Shown piece by piece: positions 39,754-55,127 of a DNA stretch of 64,000 nt. Source of the stretch: Octopus vulgaris (lineage: Eukaryota); the NCBI GenBank assembly GCA_951406725.2, contig OX597822.1:53506001-53570000 (forward strand). Direction: 5' to 3'. Position 1 is the stretch's first letter. Every line of letters begins with the position of its first letter. The position numbers and the translations under genes were made by a program. A model generated the notes under the pieces. The model worked only from the letters and a program-made list of their open reading frames with translations, had not been told where the DNA came from and did not search any database.

Positions 39754-40465
39754 CTCTTTAATCCTGAGTGATTACTGTATTCCTTCCTTTGTACATCTTC
39801 TGCCCATTCGAATACATCAATATATTTGTTATTCTTATAATCACTGTAGTCTCTTCAGTTATCCACTACGCTTTATTTTTTCCTATCTTCAACTAACCTG
39901 AGGATAAGGAAATTTTATATGGCGCCAATGTTTGACATTTAGATTTTGCAGCGAGCACACGATTAAAGATTTTAATGCGTTAACTTCAATCATTGCTGTA
40001 AAATAGGAATTAGTCCGTATGATAACACTTGATAGATTAGTATATAATCAAAGATGGCTTTATCTTTCATCTGCTTATCGTTACAGAAACTAGCAGATAG
40101 TATACATCACAATAAACAGAGGACTGATTTTATTTTATTGTTTATCTATGAATAAGAACCGTTTCCTTGAAAGAGACCATCGAATGACAAATCTGCATAT
40201 TCCTATAAATACCTAATGTGTATGAGAGAAAGGAATAGAGAAAGTATATGTCGGAAGCTGTGCGCCCGCTCAGTGTGTGGTGGGTTGGAGAACGCTCCTA
40301 GCGGTAAAGACTATTATCCACATGTGCCAGTTTCTGGCTTATTGGAAAATAAAATCTGGTAGCTAAACATAAATAAAACGGATGACAAGTTTTGTATAAT
40401 GTTATTCTAACAAGATTTTCTTGAAGATACACACACACACATACAAACACGCACACACGCACACA

Positions 40466-40519
<54 letters not shown>

Positions 40520-40605
40520 CATACGTACATGTGGAAACTCTTGAACTTTAATAACTTTCTGGCGACTACAAATAATAAAAGATTATATAATATATATAAA
40601 TAAAG

Positions 40606-41106
40606 CGGGTGCGATGGGTAAATTGTCGTCATTTTATACTTTAAATTTTGTGCATGCGCATTGTTTGGTTTTGATTTTGTCGACTACACAGTATAGTAGG
40701 GTCAGTTGGGCATCGTCTGTAAGAACAGCAGCACCATGACGCAATACGCTCTGCCAGAAATTTGGAAACGACATGCTGTACTGCATGGCATTCGCGCCGG
40801 AAGCCCCAGTACGAACATTTCAGAGAGGTTGGGTGTCAATATGAGGACAATGCAATCTGAGGACGTGTGGCGCAGTTGAGCGAGAGACCAACAAAACTCC
40901 TTGTAACACTAAATATGAACTGAAAGCAAGGATTATGGCAGCATTCACCAAGTTAAACAAAGAGATCTCCAGAAGCGTTACAGGAGTTTCCGAAATCGTC
41001 TGCAGGCCGCGGTTGAAGCCAATGGCGTTTTTATTGAATAAATATTTGGTAAATATATCTTTGAAAATGAGATGTCAGTTTTATTTTCATTTTTCACCGC
41101 ATCCTG
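40606..41106 (+). mobile_element. Internally deleted Tc1/mariner (maT-like) element, same family as 55128-55966
   Basis: Ends are gggtgcgatgggtaaattg and ttttcaccgcatcctg|TA. Internal sequence matches both ends of the 55.1-56.0 kb copy. Confidence 0.8.
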
Positions 41107-41174
41107 TATATATATATAAATATATCGCCATGATTGACCGCTAACTCTAAAAGTTTTGCTTTCTCTCTCTCTCT

Positions 41175-41335
41175 CTCTCTGTGTTTATTTACTCGTGCTC
41201 GTTTCTGTTGAGGAGCGTAGGCTTGAAACGTAAAAGACTCTCTCACCTTCCCGACCGTCAAACTAATATACCTGTTTTTTGTTTATACACCTGTCTTCGT
41301 CTTTTGATGATTTTCTGTAAATTTCAACTATATAT
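41175..41335 (+). mobile_element. Short microsatellite-embedded insertion with hammerhead-like motif (41202-41236)
   Basis: UUU-CUGUUGA-G-GAGC-GUAG-GCUU-GAAA-CG-UA-AAA: hammerhead topology with an A6-to-U core variant, lying between (CT)n and (TA)n. Confidence 0.5.
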
Positions 41336-41404
41336 GCGTTTTGTGTATATATATGTATTATTATGTATGTATGTATATATATATATATATATATATACTA
41401 TATA

Positions 41405-41480
<76 letters not shown>

Positions 41481-41814
41481 GTATGTATGTATATATATAT
41501 ATATCATAATATATATATGTATATATATATATATGTATGTATATATTATGTATGCATGTATGTATGTATGCATATATGTATGCATGTATGTATGTATGTA
41601 TGTATGTATGTATGTATGTATGTATGTATGTATGTATGAACAGAGGGAATTTTACAAATGTCACCTTTGAAATATATAAACTCGGCTATTGTAATGACTG
41701 GAATATCTAAGCAGAATTCAAAGCAGAAACCAACCTTCAATTTCTTTTTTAGCCCTAGATTATTTATCCCATTTTCTCGTATATCGGGATATACCCAAAC
41801 AAGTAAAAGATATA

Positions 41815-42184
41815 TCATTTATCTTTCACTTGCTTCAGTCATTGGACTGCGATCATGCTGGAGCACAATCGGGCTGACTTTTTGTCCAAAGACATCGACG
41901 CTAGTCTGGTACTTATTCTATCAGCATCTTATCTTAAACCGCTAAGTTACAGGGACGTAAGCAAACCAACACCGATTGTCAAATGGTGGGGAGATAAACA
42001 CAGATACACACATACACACGACGTGCTTCTCCTTAGGTTTCGTCAACCAAATTCCCTTACAAAACATTGGTCAGTCCAGGGCTATAGTAGATATACTTTC
42101 CCAAGGTGCTGCATGGTGGAGTTGAACTCGAAACCACATGGTTTCAAAGAGGACTCCTTAACCACACTACCATACCTGCGCCTA
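41815..42184 (-). mobile_element. SINE family B
   Basis: Reverse complement of the 38752-39200 unit. Confidence 0.8.
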
Positions 42185-43962
42185 TAAACAAATATCAGTC
42201 ATGGGATACCGAAATACGAGTTTCACCAGGAACTTTTTTATCTTCCGTCTTGCGCTCTTCCAACTGAGCTTCTTTAAAAAAATAACGATGGCATTTGTAA
42301 TTTAAGGGTCATGTAGGGGCTACCATGCAGAGTCTCTTGTCTGTTTGTACCCTCTATCTATATGTCTATACATACGCACATACACACATAAATGTGTACG
42401 GATGTAAGTATGTACGTATGTATATATGCATGTAGTGTGTGCATATGTCATTCTCATTTTATCTGAGAATTACATTAAATGGTATTCAAGTTTCTGGAAT
42501 ATTCATCCACCTTGCAATATTAATTATCTAATTAATCGAACAACTTGATACCCTTCTATCGAAATCCACATCTGTGTAAGTTTGTGTGCCACGGTTTTGG
42601 TGCGCCACGGTTTGTGAGCGACCGTCTGTTTCTTTGTGCGTATGCATGGGTGCGTGTAAGCGTGTGATATTATGGGGGGTTTTCAGTTGTACTACGAATA
42701 TTTTTTGAAGGTGAATAATAAAATTATGAAAGCAGCGAGCTTCTGTTTTTGTTTTAAAAGAATAAAATCTGACACATAGATATTTGGAATATTTCTAATT
42801 AAATTTCATTTAATTAATCTTGTTTTCGAATCTGAGAATATTGAACTTTTCAAAGTTTAGCTGTGATTGAAAAGCAAAGAATATGTTAAGAGTTAACTAA
42901 ATTCATTTCCTTTGAGAATGTGTGAAACTTAGTTACCAAGTAGACAATGTTTCCGTGACATTTGAAAGAAATCACAATATATTTTAAGATTTTTAAGATT
43001 AAAAATTGATCAACAATTCTGTTACATTTCACAAATTAGGTATAAAAACATTACCATAAACTTATTAAATTTTAAATTCCAATCAAGACTATTCTCCAGA
43101 AAATGAATATAATTTTCTGCTGCTTCCTCGAATTGGCATTAATATTAATTCTTTGTTGTCTCTTTCATGTATGTATGTATGTATGTATGTATGTATGTGT
43201 ATTTATGTATGTATGTGCACATGTATACACACCTAATACGTACATACAAATATATTTTATATATTTAACATGTATATATGTATATATATATGTGTATGTA
43301 TGTATGTTCATATATATATATATATACATTTATATATACACACATACATATACACACACACATATTCTTCTTCTCCGTCATGCGATTTCCTCTTTCCCTC
43401 ACCACCTCTGTCTCTCCTATTTTCTCTAGCTTTCATTTTTCCTTTCTTTTTCTTGATGTATATATATGTATACACACACACACACACATATACATACATA
43501 CATACATACATACATACATACATACATACATACATACATACATACATACATACATACGTCATGGTCCCTTTCTCCACTCTATTTTCTTTTTGTCTTATTT
43601 CTTTATTTCCCCTGTCTCTACTATTTCCACAGGCCTTCTCCTTTTTTCCACTCTCTCTCTCTCTCTCTCTCTTTCTTTCTCTCTTTCTCTAATACATCCT
43701 TTGAAGTGTGGGAAACACTGAAGCTGACATAAACACCTCTACTATGTGTTCACTATTTCTGTGGAGGTGTGTGAAATGGAATATTTATTACTGTGTTGAA
43801 TTTACGTTTGCACTAAGCAGAAACACGTCATTCCCAAAAAAGAAAATCATGGAATAAATTTTAAGAACGTTCACTTTAAATTTCCTATGTTTCTTTAATC
43901 TATAATCACGGGAGAGAGTAATCAGAACCAACATAATAATGGAGAGAGAGAGAGAGAGAGAG

Positions 43963-44033
<71 letters not shown>

Positions 44034-46565
44034 GAGAATGGTAATTCCTTCACATTAGACCAGCAGCGAGAATTTGAAAATCCATATATTATCTTAATGA
44101 TTAATTCAGGTTTTAAAAGAAGAGGGCAAGGGAGACAACCATGAAACTTAAATTAATGATGATCAATGAAGAATTAAGCAGCATAGACCATGGGGTAGTT
44201 AAAGCTAGTTCTTGTACCATTAAATAATAAAAACTACACACACATAAACTCATACACATACATATCATATGAGAAGTTCTCACATCGAAATTGTCTTACA
44301 GTGTATGAACACTATACTGTACTTCTGTTTCATATAATGGTCACCACTTATAGCCATACTATCTTCTGTACGTCTATTTTTACCCCTTATCTTCCCTTGA
44401 ATCAGTCTTCTTAAAACTTACATAATTTTGAAGTCACTTTCAACGACCATACTTTTTTGTGTACTTCTCTTTAACATTTCGGCTGATTTCTATAATAAAT
44501 AGTTCTCCGTCACTCTCGACGATGACCATTCACTTGTTCGGTCAACCGAATTCTATACTCATTGAATTAGCCGGTGTTTACAAACTCAGGGGTTTACAAA
44601 CATCTCATACCACTTGCCGCTTTCAAGGAGTCGTTGATAATGTCTAATTGCTAAAATTTACCTTTGATATTTTCTGTCACTGCCCCACCCATCCCCTCAA
44701 AATTAAGGCCTTTGTATATTTTTAAATCGGATGATCTTTTATCTTTCCATATTCTATAACAGGAACATAGGCGTTGTTTTATTGGAAAATAATTATTTAA
44801 GTCCCAGTCTTGAATACTCTTGCAAATATTGCCAGCACTTCTTACTTTTGAGGGTTGCCGCTATGGATGCGGAATTTTTAAAAATGCAAAGAGTAAATTC
44901 AAAATTGTCAGACAACTGAAACCATTCTGAATAGGCAATAAATGCTTAGTAGAATTGAGCGTGTCTATAATGAAGTCTGCATAAAATGTCTGCTTTTGTT
45001 CTTAATTGGCCCACTAATTAGGCTGCTGGCATTACATATTTACTATGTGTATGCCATCGACGTGCTATCTGCTAAAGTATTTTTTTAAATGTCTTTGATG
45101 TATTTCGCATTGACCTTTTTTCAAATCGAATCTTATTCGTGTTTGAAAAGCAATTCGCTAATTACTAAGCACCCTTCATCCTCAAAATCGTTTGATAGCA
45201 AATTAAACCCCCAGGAGTTATGTTAACTGCTTTGTCAATTCTTGATGTAGCTGGATACAGTTACATGATTCTCGGCGAAAGCATTATGACCGAGTGTGAC
45301 GGTGAAATATTTAAATTACAAAGGAAAACCATCCGAAGCTTCCCAGATTTTTTTCGTAAACCTAATTCTAGGGTCGGCTTGCATAAAACCTGTGGTAAAA
45401 ACACTTGCCTAAGGTGTCAGACAGTGGAATCAAACCCTAGAACTCATGACCTCGAAGTGAACTTCTTAACTATTCGGCTATGTTGATCACCTTTTATCAC
45501 CACACTGTCCACTGTACTTCTATTGTGGGACCAGTTTTATGACCAGAGTTTTGTATAAAAGATATAAAAGAAATCAGATAAATTTAATTTTCAGCAATAT
45601 TTATGGCAGCAAGTATGGCTGTGTGGTGAAGAGGTTGGTTTCGAAACTAGTCTTTCGGGTTCTATCCCACTGTGCAGTCCCTTAGGCGTACATAAACATA
45701 TAGCTTCACACATAAAAGCAATTATGTTCATTATTTTGCTTCATATTACGCCGGTGTTATAAACTGAACTGACAATAATCCCATCAAATAAAGAGAATTA
45801 ATGGATTACAACATATATAAATATATTACTTTTCTCTTGAGGCACTTTTCTTCTCAGTGTATTGTAGTTTCTGAACAAAACAAAAAATAATATCGCTTAT
45901 CACACAAAAATATGATTAGTCGTGTTACAGAAGAAAGCTAGTATTGTTGTAGGTGGTGGTGGTGGCGTCGGTGGTGTTTGGCCCCAATTCGTCTCTAATT
46001 GAATAGATATATGATCAGAAGCATTCCGAGCGTAATTGTTTGTTCCATATATTTTTTTTTGTTTGTTTTACATTTAGGATTGCATTATTTTCAGTAGTTA
46101 TCTAGGATTACATTATCTAATGTATATGATTTTTTTAAAGGTCGGCTTCTTTCTTGTTATCCAATTATATAAAGACATTTTCTTTGATTACCAATATGGG
46201 GAACAGATTTTTTTTATGTAACAAAGTGTCCTGTTTTAATATCTGAAGAGAAGTGAGGAGCCGTAATGGAATAATTTTGCTCGCTTCTGTAATGAATTGA
46301 TCATGTTTGTCGATATATTAATGTACATAGTGTCAGGAGGAGAGAAATCAATATTGATATATATCTAAATTAGATATCACATCTCTGTATGTGTCTAGAC
46401 CGTAACAGCTGGAAGCTACCGAAATTTTGCTGAAATCGCGAAATTGTTCGATCTTAAACGATCATGTTTCTGATATTTTTCTAACTGACGTGTGGGATTT
46501 TAATTAAAACAATATTATTTATACGTATTTTCAAATCCGAAATATCCGCTTGTGTGTGTGTATAT

Positions 46566-46619
<54 letters not shown>

Positions 46620-47859
46620 ATATATATTTACACACACACCTACATATAGAGACAGACAGACAGACAGAAGGAAGTACGGACGGATGGATGCATAGATGGA
46701 TGAAATTTAATTAACTTTTGAAAAAGAGAAAAAATACGCACATAATGTCATTATTCTAAAGTAAGATTTATATAACCTTTTTTTTTATAATTTGAGTCGA
46801 TGATTCTAAATTAGAATGCCTCTAATGTTAATTTAGTATTTTGTTCTTCATTGCACAAAAAATCTGTCTCCCATAATAACTAGATTTATTCTAGTTTAAA
46901 TCTTGCAGGTAAATTTCCCTCAAATCACAGACTACTCTCTTTGAAAATAAGGGAGATCATTTAAATAATGTCGTTTTCAAAATAAATCGTCTGAATGAAT
47001 GGTCTTGACAAGAACGCCTTTTATCACAAGTCTATTCCAATGAAGTGACCTGGGGCTAAGCAATAATAGCAACGAGATCAAAAATGATTGGACGATTGAC
47101 ATAAAGTAATATTATTGAAGTAAAAATGTTAAAATCAGCATATTGTCGCGTAATGTTTTCTTAAGTATTTTCCAATTTCTCTGAGAAACTCTTACATTTG
47201 ATAGGGAAGGATATTTTATGTTGTGGCTCACGTCGTCCTCTCTAGTAAGTTAGTCCTCCCCATTAGTTTTCTCAAACCTTAATCATTCTGATTGAAGTTC
47301 CTTCTGAACATTTGTTTCTCAATGTTTACCAAAATAAAAACGTTGGTGAGTCAATATATGATGTAATATTTTTCCTAAGTCTACAGGACCCATGAGGTTT
47401 CTAACAAACTTTCTGCTCAAATGGATCAACTGTAATTTCGCCAGTTTCTTTTCGTTTTTGCATGATGTCATAACCCCAACGTTTAAACGCTTCTGTCGTT
47501 ACTTCTACATTTCATAGCATGTCAAATATTTGAATTCATAACAGGCATTTTTCGATAAAATAGACAATCAAATTTACATATTGGCTGTTATTGACCATAA
47601 ACGCGCCACTACAGATGAATGGGGACATAACAAATTGAAAATCCTGATCAGAGAATGTTGACAGCTTGCTGAGTAAACATTTTCAATACAAAACTATACT
47701 GATTTCTTTCTCCCTATTTTGCCCCTACTCCTCTCTCTCCCTCCCCCTCTTTCTCTCTCTCTCTATCTCTTTTTATTTTTATCTTTTTACATATCTACCT
47801 TTTACATGTTGTATTCTGTTTGATATATCTAATAATAATAATAACAATAATCCTTTCTA

Positions 47860-48060
47860 TTATAGGCACAAGGCCTGAAATTGAGGTTGAGGGATTAGTG
47901 TATTACATCAACTCCAGTACTCAACTTGTACTTATTTTATCTATCCCGAAAGGACGAAAGGCTAAGTTGACCTCAACGGTATTTGAAGTCAGGGCATAAA
48001 AATGGGCGAAATACCGCTAAGCATTTTGTCAGGCATGCTAATGATTCTGCCAGCCCATCG
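47860..48060 (-). mobile_element. SINE family A (minus strand) with tail at ~47830
   Basis: Reverse complement of the 20808 unit. Further minus-strand copies lie at about 48575, 48820, 49355, 49875, 52880, 53040 and 63080. Confidence 0.8.
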
Positions 48061-48280
48061 ATCTTAAAATTTATAATAATAGTCGCCGTATGTGCCGGTG
48101 TATAAGAAACTTTCTTTTGTTTGTTTTAAAACTATTAAAAATTGCCTTGCGTCTAATGCAGCCCTATGAGAGACCGGGTGTTGTAGACTAGGGAGCCAAA
48201 TAAGCATAAGTTTGCTAGATACTATAATAGTTGCTGATAATAAAATATTGACAAGCACAAACTTACTAAAAGTTGCTTAC

Positions 48281-48329
48281 AGCACGTCGGCAGTTATGTG
48301 GAGAGTTCTCATCATCTCATGCAGCTGAT
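48281..48329 (-). CDS. Candidate small host exon (xQLHEMMRTLHITADVL), product unknown
   Basis: Acceptor ttttattttatttcag, donor GTAAGC (or GTAAGT 14 nt further on). Only one frame is open and the sequence is non-repetitive. The protein is not recognised. Confidence 0.3.
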
Positions 48330-50665
48330 CTGAAATAAAATAAAACTTAAATACGGTATTCGTATAACGTTTACGATGCTCGTATAAAGTATGATTTCAT
48401 ACTTTATTACAGTATGCTATCACGGGATTGTATTTATATGTACAGAATCACACATTTTCCTCTACAAAACTACCTTAAAATATCTTTCAATAAGTGTATG
48501 ATGAAACATACTATTTTTGTCCAAAAACATAATAGTAAAATAAGAATGCATCTTATTAGCCGGTACTTCTAATTAAGATACAAAGCCAGCAATTTGGGGA
48601 GAAATTGGTTAAATTGAACCAGTATTTAAAAAGTACATTATTGTATTCATTCTGGAAGGATGGAAGGCAAAGTTCACTACGGCAGGATTTGGACTAAGAA
48701 TGGAACTAGATACTGCAAGGCATTTTGTCCGACGCCTCAACGATTCTATCAGGTGTGAGACATCTGTTTGTTATAATTGATTCTAAATTTATGAAGAGTG
48801 GGCACAATTATAACTGACTGTTACTTTATGTTATCAACCCCGGACGGACGAAAGTCAAACTTCACCTAGGCGAAATTTGAACTGAAAACAGTAAGAGTCA
48901 GGAAGACATTTTTCCGACATTAACGTCTTTGTCGGTCCACCGTCCTTTATGTTCATAATAGCCGATATAAATGTTAGTCGGTTGGTTGGTTGGTTGGTTT
49001 CCTGATTTCTCCACGCTTTACATCACTTAGAGAGAGTAAGAGAGATACAAAAATGGAGAACATAAAAGCTGGAGATGAGTGTCATGTCACTTTCTGAAAA
49101 TATATTTTTTTTTATGAAATTGTGCAGAGATAGATTTTCGATTTTCGATTGCGATTATGTTGATAAAATTTAGGAAAATGATAACATCTATTTATTGCAA
49201 ATATACAAAGGAGAAATGTGTTTCGTTTAAATTTATTTTAAGGTAGTAAATATTTAAAAATTAGTATTCATTTCATCATTTTAAAAATACAGGAAGAATT
49301 AACATAAGAGCTGCAGATATTTAATGTTTAATGTGTAAATATTATTTTCTACTCTAAGCACAAGGCCCAAAATTTTGTGGGAGGGAATCAGTTGATTAGA
49401 TCGACTCCAAAATGCAACTGGTACTTGATTTATCGATCCCGAAAGGATGAAAAGCAAAGTCGACATCAGCGGAATTTTTAATGTGCAAATATTAAATGTT
49501 AAATTAGAGTTTTGTAAGTATGCCATATTAACTGATATTACCCATGTGGAAAAGCTTTATTTCCAGAATTACCCTTCAGATGACAAGCAACACTCTAGTG
49601 ATAAGATAAGATAATCAACATTTCAGTATATATTTCTTACCAGCATCTTAATGATCTGACATTGAATAAGATCCTACATTTTAGAAATAGACGTTTCAGT
49701 CAATTCTTCACAATTTGCTAATAACAGGTAATTTTGTGAGATATTGAAATACTATAGTAATGCGGGGTTTCACTATGAGATGTTGATGTTGGCTCTTGGC
49801 ATAGGATGTTACTGTGATGCTTTAATGAGGGATATAACTATCCAGATACTAATATCTGTAATATTGGTATGAAATTATGGCACAAGATCAGTAATTTCGT
49901 AGGAAGAAGTAGGCCGATTAGCTCGACCCCGATGCTCAAGTGGCACTTATTTTATTGATCCCGAAATCGAACCTGGCGACATTTGAACGTAAATTTGAAG
50001 GTTAAGTCAAGAAATTTTGCCAGACATTTCCGGCGCAGTAAAGATTCTGCCATCTCGCCCCCTTACGAATAACTGTAATATCGTGTGATGTCGAATTAGG
50101 GTCTTAATGTCTGAATGTAGGGTATTAACATAGGCTGTTCCTGTAGGATGTTACTGTGAGGTGTTAGTGTGGGTTAATACTATCCATATACGATAAAATA
50201 CAGTGTATTTTTATATCATTGATGTGGAAATATATGATTCGATCTATATGTATCATGGTTTAGGAACAAAAAGAAATTTCAGAACAAATTTAATCAGATT
50301 TCTTTACAAGTATTTTCCCATAGTTAAAAAGACAAATATCATCAGTGATACAGCGAAGGTGAATGCAACTTAATTTGTTCGATTTCAGTAAAAATCTAAT
50401 ATATTGACTTCTTTGAACTTGGCTTTCGGCCAACATTTTTTCATTGCAGAGACCATTTTGCATTGTTTGTAGCAGAATAAATCAACATAGTATATCACTG
50501 ACATTATCACAAACAACTGCTGAAATATGAAAGGCGATTTCGTGCCGGCAGAATTCGAACTCAGAATATACAAATTATATACATTCAAGCATATAACCCA
50601 ATGCCGATCTAATATAATTTATTGATTCCTAATGATTAGGCACGATATCAAATGTATTTGGTAGA

Positions 50666-50786
<121 letters not shown>

Positions 50787-52458
50787 TTGCACAGTCGATT
50801 CCCTATTCATCAATTCCGGCGTAAGGAGACATAAAGTCCATCAAAAATTAAACTCGAAGTGTAATTGATTGAAAACTATACAATGCAAACTACTTTCAGC
50901 TCGCAGTAAATTAGTCGACTGAATGAGGTTGTATGATTAAATAGCTTCTGGTAATTGTTCAAGCTCCTTACGTTTTAAATTCGAATCCTGCTGGCAACAA
51001 ATCTTTTATTCATGTTTTTTGTTTTGTTTTGTTTTTGTTTGTTTTTTTCTAAAATAAAATAGCATTTCTGGTCGGGGAATTGCTAGTATGTTAAACAAAA
51101 TGCTGTACAGTTATTGAGGCAACGCCTTACGTTTTGAGTACTCAATTAGGCGTTGTGGACCTGTCTCTACTTAACTGACATGCTGGAATCTTATCAAAAA
51201 TATCCGAAAGAAGGCAGCAGGCAACCACCTTTTATATTCTCTTATGAAAACACTTGACAAGCATATAGTGTTTGTCATGAAAGTAACTTGATGTCGTTCG
51301 CGGCCAGATAGCATACAATGTTAAAAGATTTATGTAGTTATATACTTCTAATACAGACACGAAGCCATAAATTTGGAGGAGGGAACAATCGATTATGTGA
51401 AGTACTGATACTGTTGTGCTTCGTTCTCATTGAACAGCTCAAAGGCTTTCTAGTCGTAACCATTCTGTATTTTTATGAGTATTCAATACTATATTATCTC
51501 ATGTATCTTTCCAATTTTATGATGACAAATAGTGATACTGGCATTTAATATATTTGGTATATATTTTATAAACTTCGGAAAGATGAACAATAAAGTCCTT
51601 TAAGGAATTTGAAATCAGAATGAACGACTGAACGATGAAGTCGACAATGGGTTGATTTGTACACAGAATATAAAGGGAAGAGGTATAAGTAAATACCCAC
51701 GAAGTATTTTGACCATTGCCAGTTCTACCGTTTGCTATTCTTCTACACATTGTAATATGACCGATGCAAGAAGATATGGATGGAACATTCTCATGTTTAA
51801 ATCGTTTCCCATACTTGTAATATTCAGGGGATGAAAATGCCTGAACACCATAACCTCTCTTTTTCCGTCTGTCTTAGATTGATAACATTTATGCCTAATC
51901 GGCATCAACCAATATCTCCTGCACTGAAGTGGCATTATGTCTAAGATGCAGTACTGCTGAAATGTAATTTATGAGAAGTGTTAGATTCTACCTCTAATGT
52001 CCAAGACATTCTGTTGCTAATAGATAAACTGATATGATTTCAAATGGCATTTTAAAATTCAAATGCAATGTCCATTATGACTATTTCTGAGTAATGCAGA
52101 ATAGTAAAGCTGTCTTTATTGTCTTAGATAGTTCTTCTCCTTCATTTGGCATAACATCACTCAAGTAGCTAGGAAGAGCTAGAACGAAACATAATGATAT
52201 AACGGTTACACATTCAGCCCCAAAGGAAGCTGTATCAATTAAATTCGTTCATTAGTCATTTCCACGACTCTAAATATTTCGCTTTCTTTAATTCTTCACT
52301 TGGCCCCAGCTATTTTCGATTCTTTAATTTTTTAGTTGTCTGAAAGCGTTTCTGGAGCACCAACATATATGCATCTTCTTGATTTATCTACACATACATA
52401 CATACATACATACATACATACATACATACATACATACATACATACATACATACATACA

Positions 52459-52489
<31 letters not shown>

Positions 52490-52549
52490 GCGTGTCTACA
52501 TATATATGTATGTGTATAGTGAGAATTTACAAAAAAAAACAAAAGACGA

Positions 52550-52643
<94 letters not shown>

Positions 52644-53409
52644 ATGTATCACTGTTTGTATGTGACATATTGACTATAGATTCGACTATGATAGTATATA
52701 TTTTGTAATATATGGACTTTTCTTGAGCCTCAAGTGGCAGAGTGGCAGGGACACCGACATGAGACACGGCGTGTCTTTGATATCTAAACTATGCAGAGGT
52801 TACTCAGGATCTAACCGCAGCTGATTTCTCACAGAAAATGAGAGAGCCGATAAAAAAATAAATGATCTATATCACTATATGACTGGCATTTTGTTTATCG
52901 ACCCCAAAAGAGTGAAAGGCAAAGCTGACTTCCGTGTGATTTGAACTCAAAACTCAGACAGCCAGAGCGATTAGAGCAAAGTAAAGTGTCTGACACTCTA
53001 ACCGCACTACTAATTATCTGCCTTCTTAATAATCATTTCAAATTTTGGCAGAAGGCCAGCAAGTTCGGGGGAGGGGGTAAGTCGATTACATCTGATACTT
53101 ATTTTATCGACCCCGAAAAGATGAAAGACAAAGTCGACCTCGGTGGTATTTGAACTCCGAACGTAAAGACGGACAAATGCCGCTAAGCATTTTCTCCGAC
53201 AACCTAAAGATTCTGCAAGTTAGCTGCCTTAAATCTGCCTTACTGGTAATGATGATTACAACATCAAAGTTCCCCAAATAGTCTTCCAACTATTAACCAG
53301 GTTCCACGTCATTTAACATTGATGATCGATAACTGCTGCTTTCAACATGTTATGCATACACACACACACACACATATATACCCATATATATATATAGAGA
53401 GAGAGAGAC

Positions 53410-53448
<39 letters not shown>

Positions 53449-53617
53449 CAGACAAACAGACAGAGACAGAAAGAGGAAAATCTGCAAGACTTTTGTTGTA
53501 TATCCTATAAGTAATATGTAGATTAGACTAGTAATACACACTGGGATATGTATAGATTAACTCGTCAATGGCTGAAACTTCAATAGTTGGCAGAATCATA
53601 TATACTTACATACATAC

Positions 53618-53721
<104 letters not shown>

Positions 53722-54589
53722 ATATATATAGAATATGTATGTGTGTATGATATTGTTCATTTTTATTTCAAGATTTCTTGCCAATAGAGAAAGAGCCGGT
53801 TTCTAACCTAGATTAAAGGCTCCTTCATTGGAATTCTAGCATCAACAACAGGGTGTGTATGTATGTATGTATGTATGTATGTATGTATGTATGTATGTAT
53901 GTATGTATATGTAACGTGGAATCGAAACAGGATATTGGTCTCAATTTACATTTTATTCTGTTTCTCTCGCCTCATGATTAAGCTTTTCAACTTGAGAGCG
54001 TAAATATTTCTTTTGTGAGCAAAAAGAGCAGAAACTGAAAATCCCCAGTAGGAATTTTTTTTCTTTGTGGCTTTCTCTTGTCGGGAAAGTTTTTTCTCAC
54101 TTCACTTAGTTGTCGATAATTGGCTGCCTTACAACGGACATGAGTAATCTTCATCTCTGTATATCTTTCTGTATAACACACATAAAATCATGACCGTGTA
54201 AACGATAACTTTTTTTGTTACATTTTGTGACGTAATCTGTAGGTTTGACTCCGTTAGTGTTAACATTTTCAGGGATGTTTTTTCTCTCCCTCGCTGTCCC
54301 GCAATCTCTAATGCTTCCTTTCTGTTAAGATTTCGTGGAGCTGTGAGATTACGACAGAAAACGTTGTATTTACGATATCTGATGTAATGAAATTATTCTC
54401 GTAGAAGTGTGACCCGATTTATGATGAATAATATCTCGTAAGGTTGCTTGCTTTAAAAAGATTGCCCATATCTGCATTAGAGCTCACCTGACAGTTTACA
54501 GAGGTGCATCTTGTCCAAAATCTGATGAGTTGGGTCCACTTAAAGCTTCAGAATCAGAAAGTACAACAGCATAGGAATTTTTTTCTCTT

Positions 54590-54970
54590 TGTTGTTGTAG
54601 CCATTGGATTCAGCCATGTTGAGGCACCGCCTTGAAGGGTTTTTAGTATATTAAATTGACCCCAGTACTTAAATTTTCAAGGTCGTAAACAAAGAAATAC
54701 CGGTTGTCAAGCGATGGTGGTGTAACACAGACACACAAATACATACATATATACATACATGATGATGGTCGTCCACTCGTGACCGAGGAAGACCATTGCC
54801 GACCTTCAGGAACATTGTGCGCTCTGGGACTAACGTATATAGATATAAGGCGGGCCTTTTTTAGCTTCTGTCCACCAAATTCACTCATAAGGCTTTGGTT
54901 GGCTCGAGGTTATAGTAGGAGACACTTACTCAAGGTGCCACACAGTGAGAAGAAAGCTTCTTACCACACA
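54590..54970 (-). mobile_element. SINE family B, interrupted
   Basis: Reverse-complement match to family B, with an unrelated ~70-bp insert at about 54765-54835. Confidence 0.7.
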
Positions 54971-55065
54971 GTCAATATATGTAAACATATACATACATAC
55001 ATACATACATACATACATACATACATACATACGTACATACATACATACATACATACATACATACG

Positions 55066-55119
<54 letters not shown>

Positions 55120-55127
55120 CTTATATA

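Noticed and set aside
43733-43772. 10-bp hairpin acacctctac/gtggaggtgt as a pre-miRNA
   Set aside because: The stem is too short and no known mature sequence is recognised.
51680-52200. Possible RTE-type LINE remnant (also about 15250-15420, and a possible LINE fossil at 4560-5500)
   Set aside because: Only faint motif echoes are visible, too decayed to call by eye.
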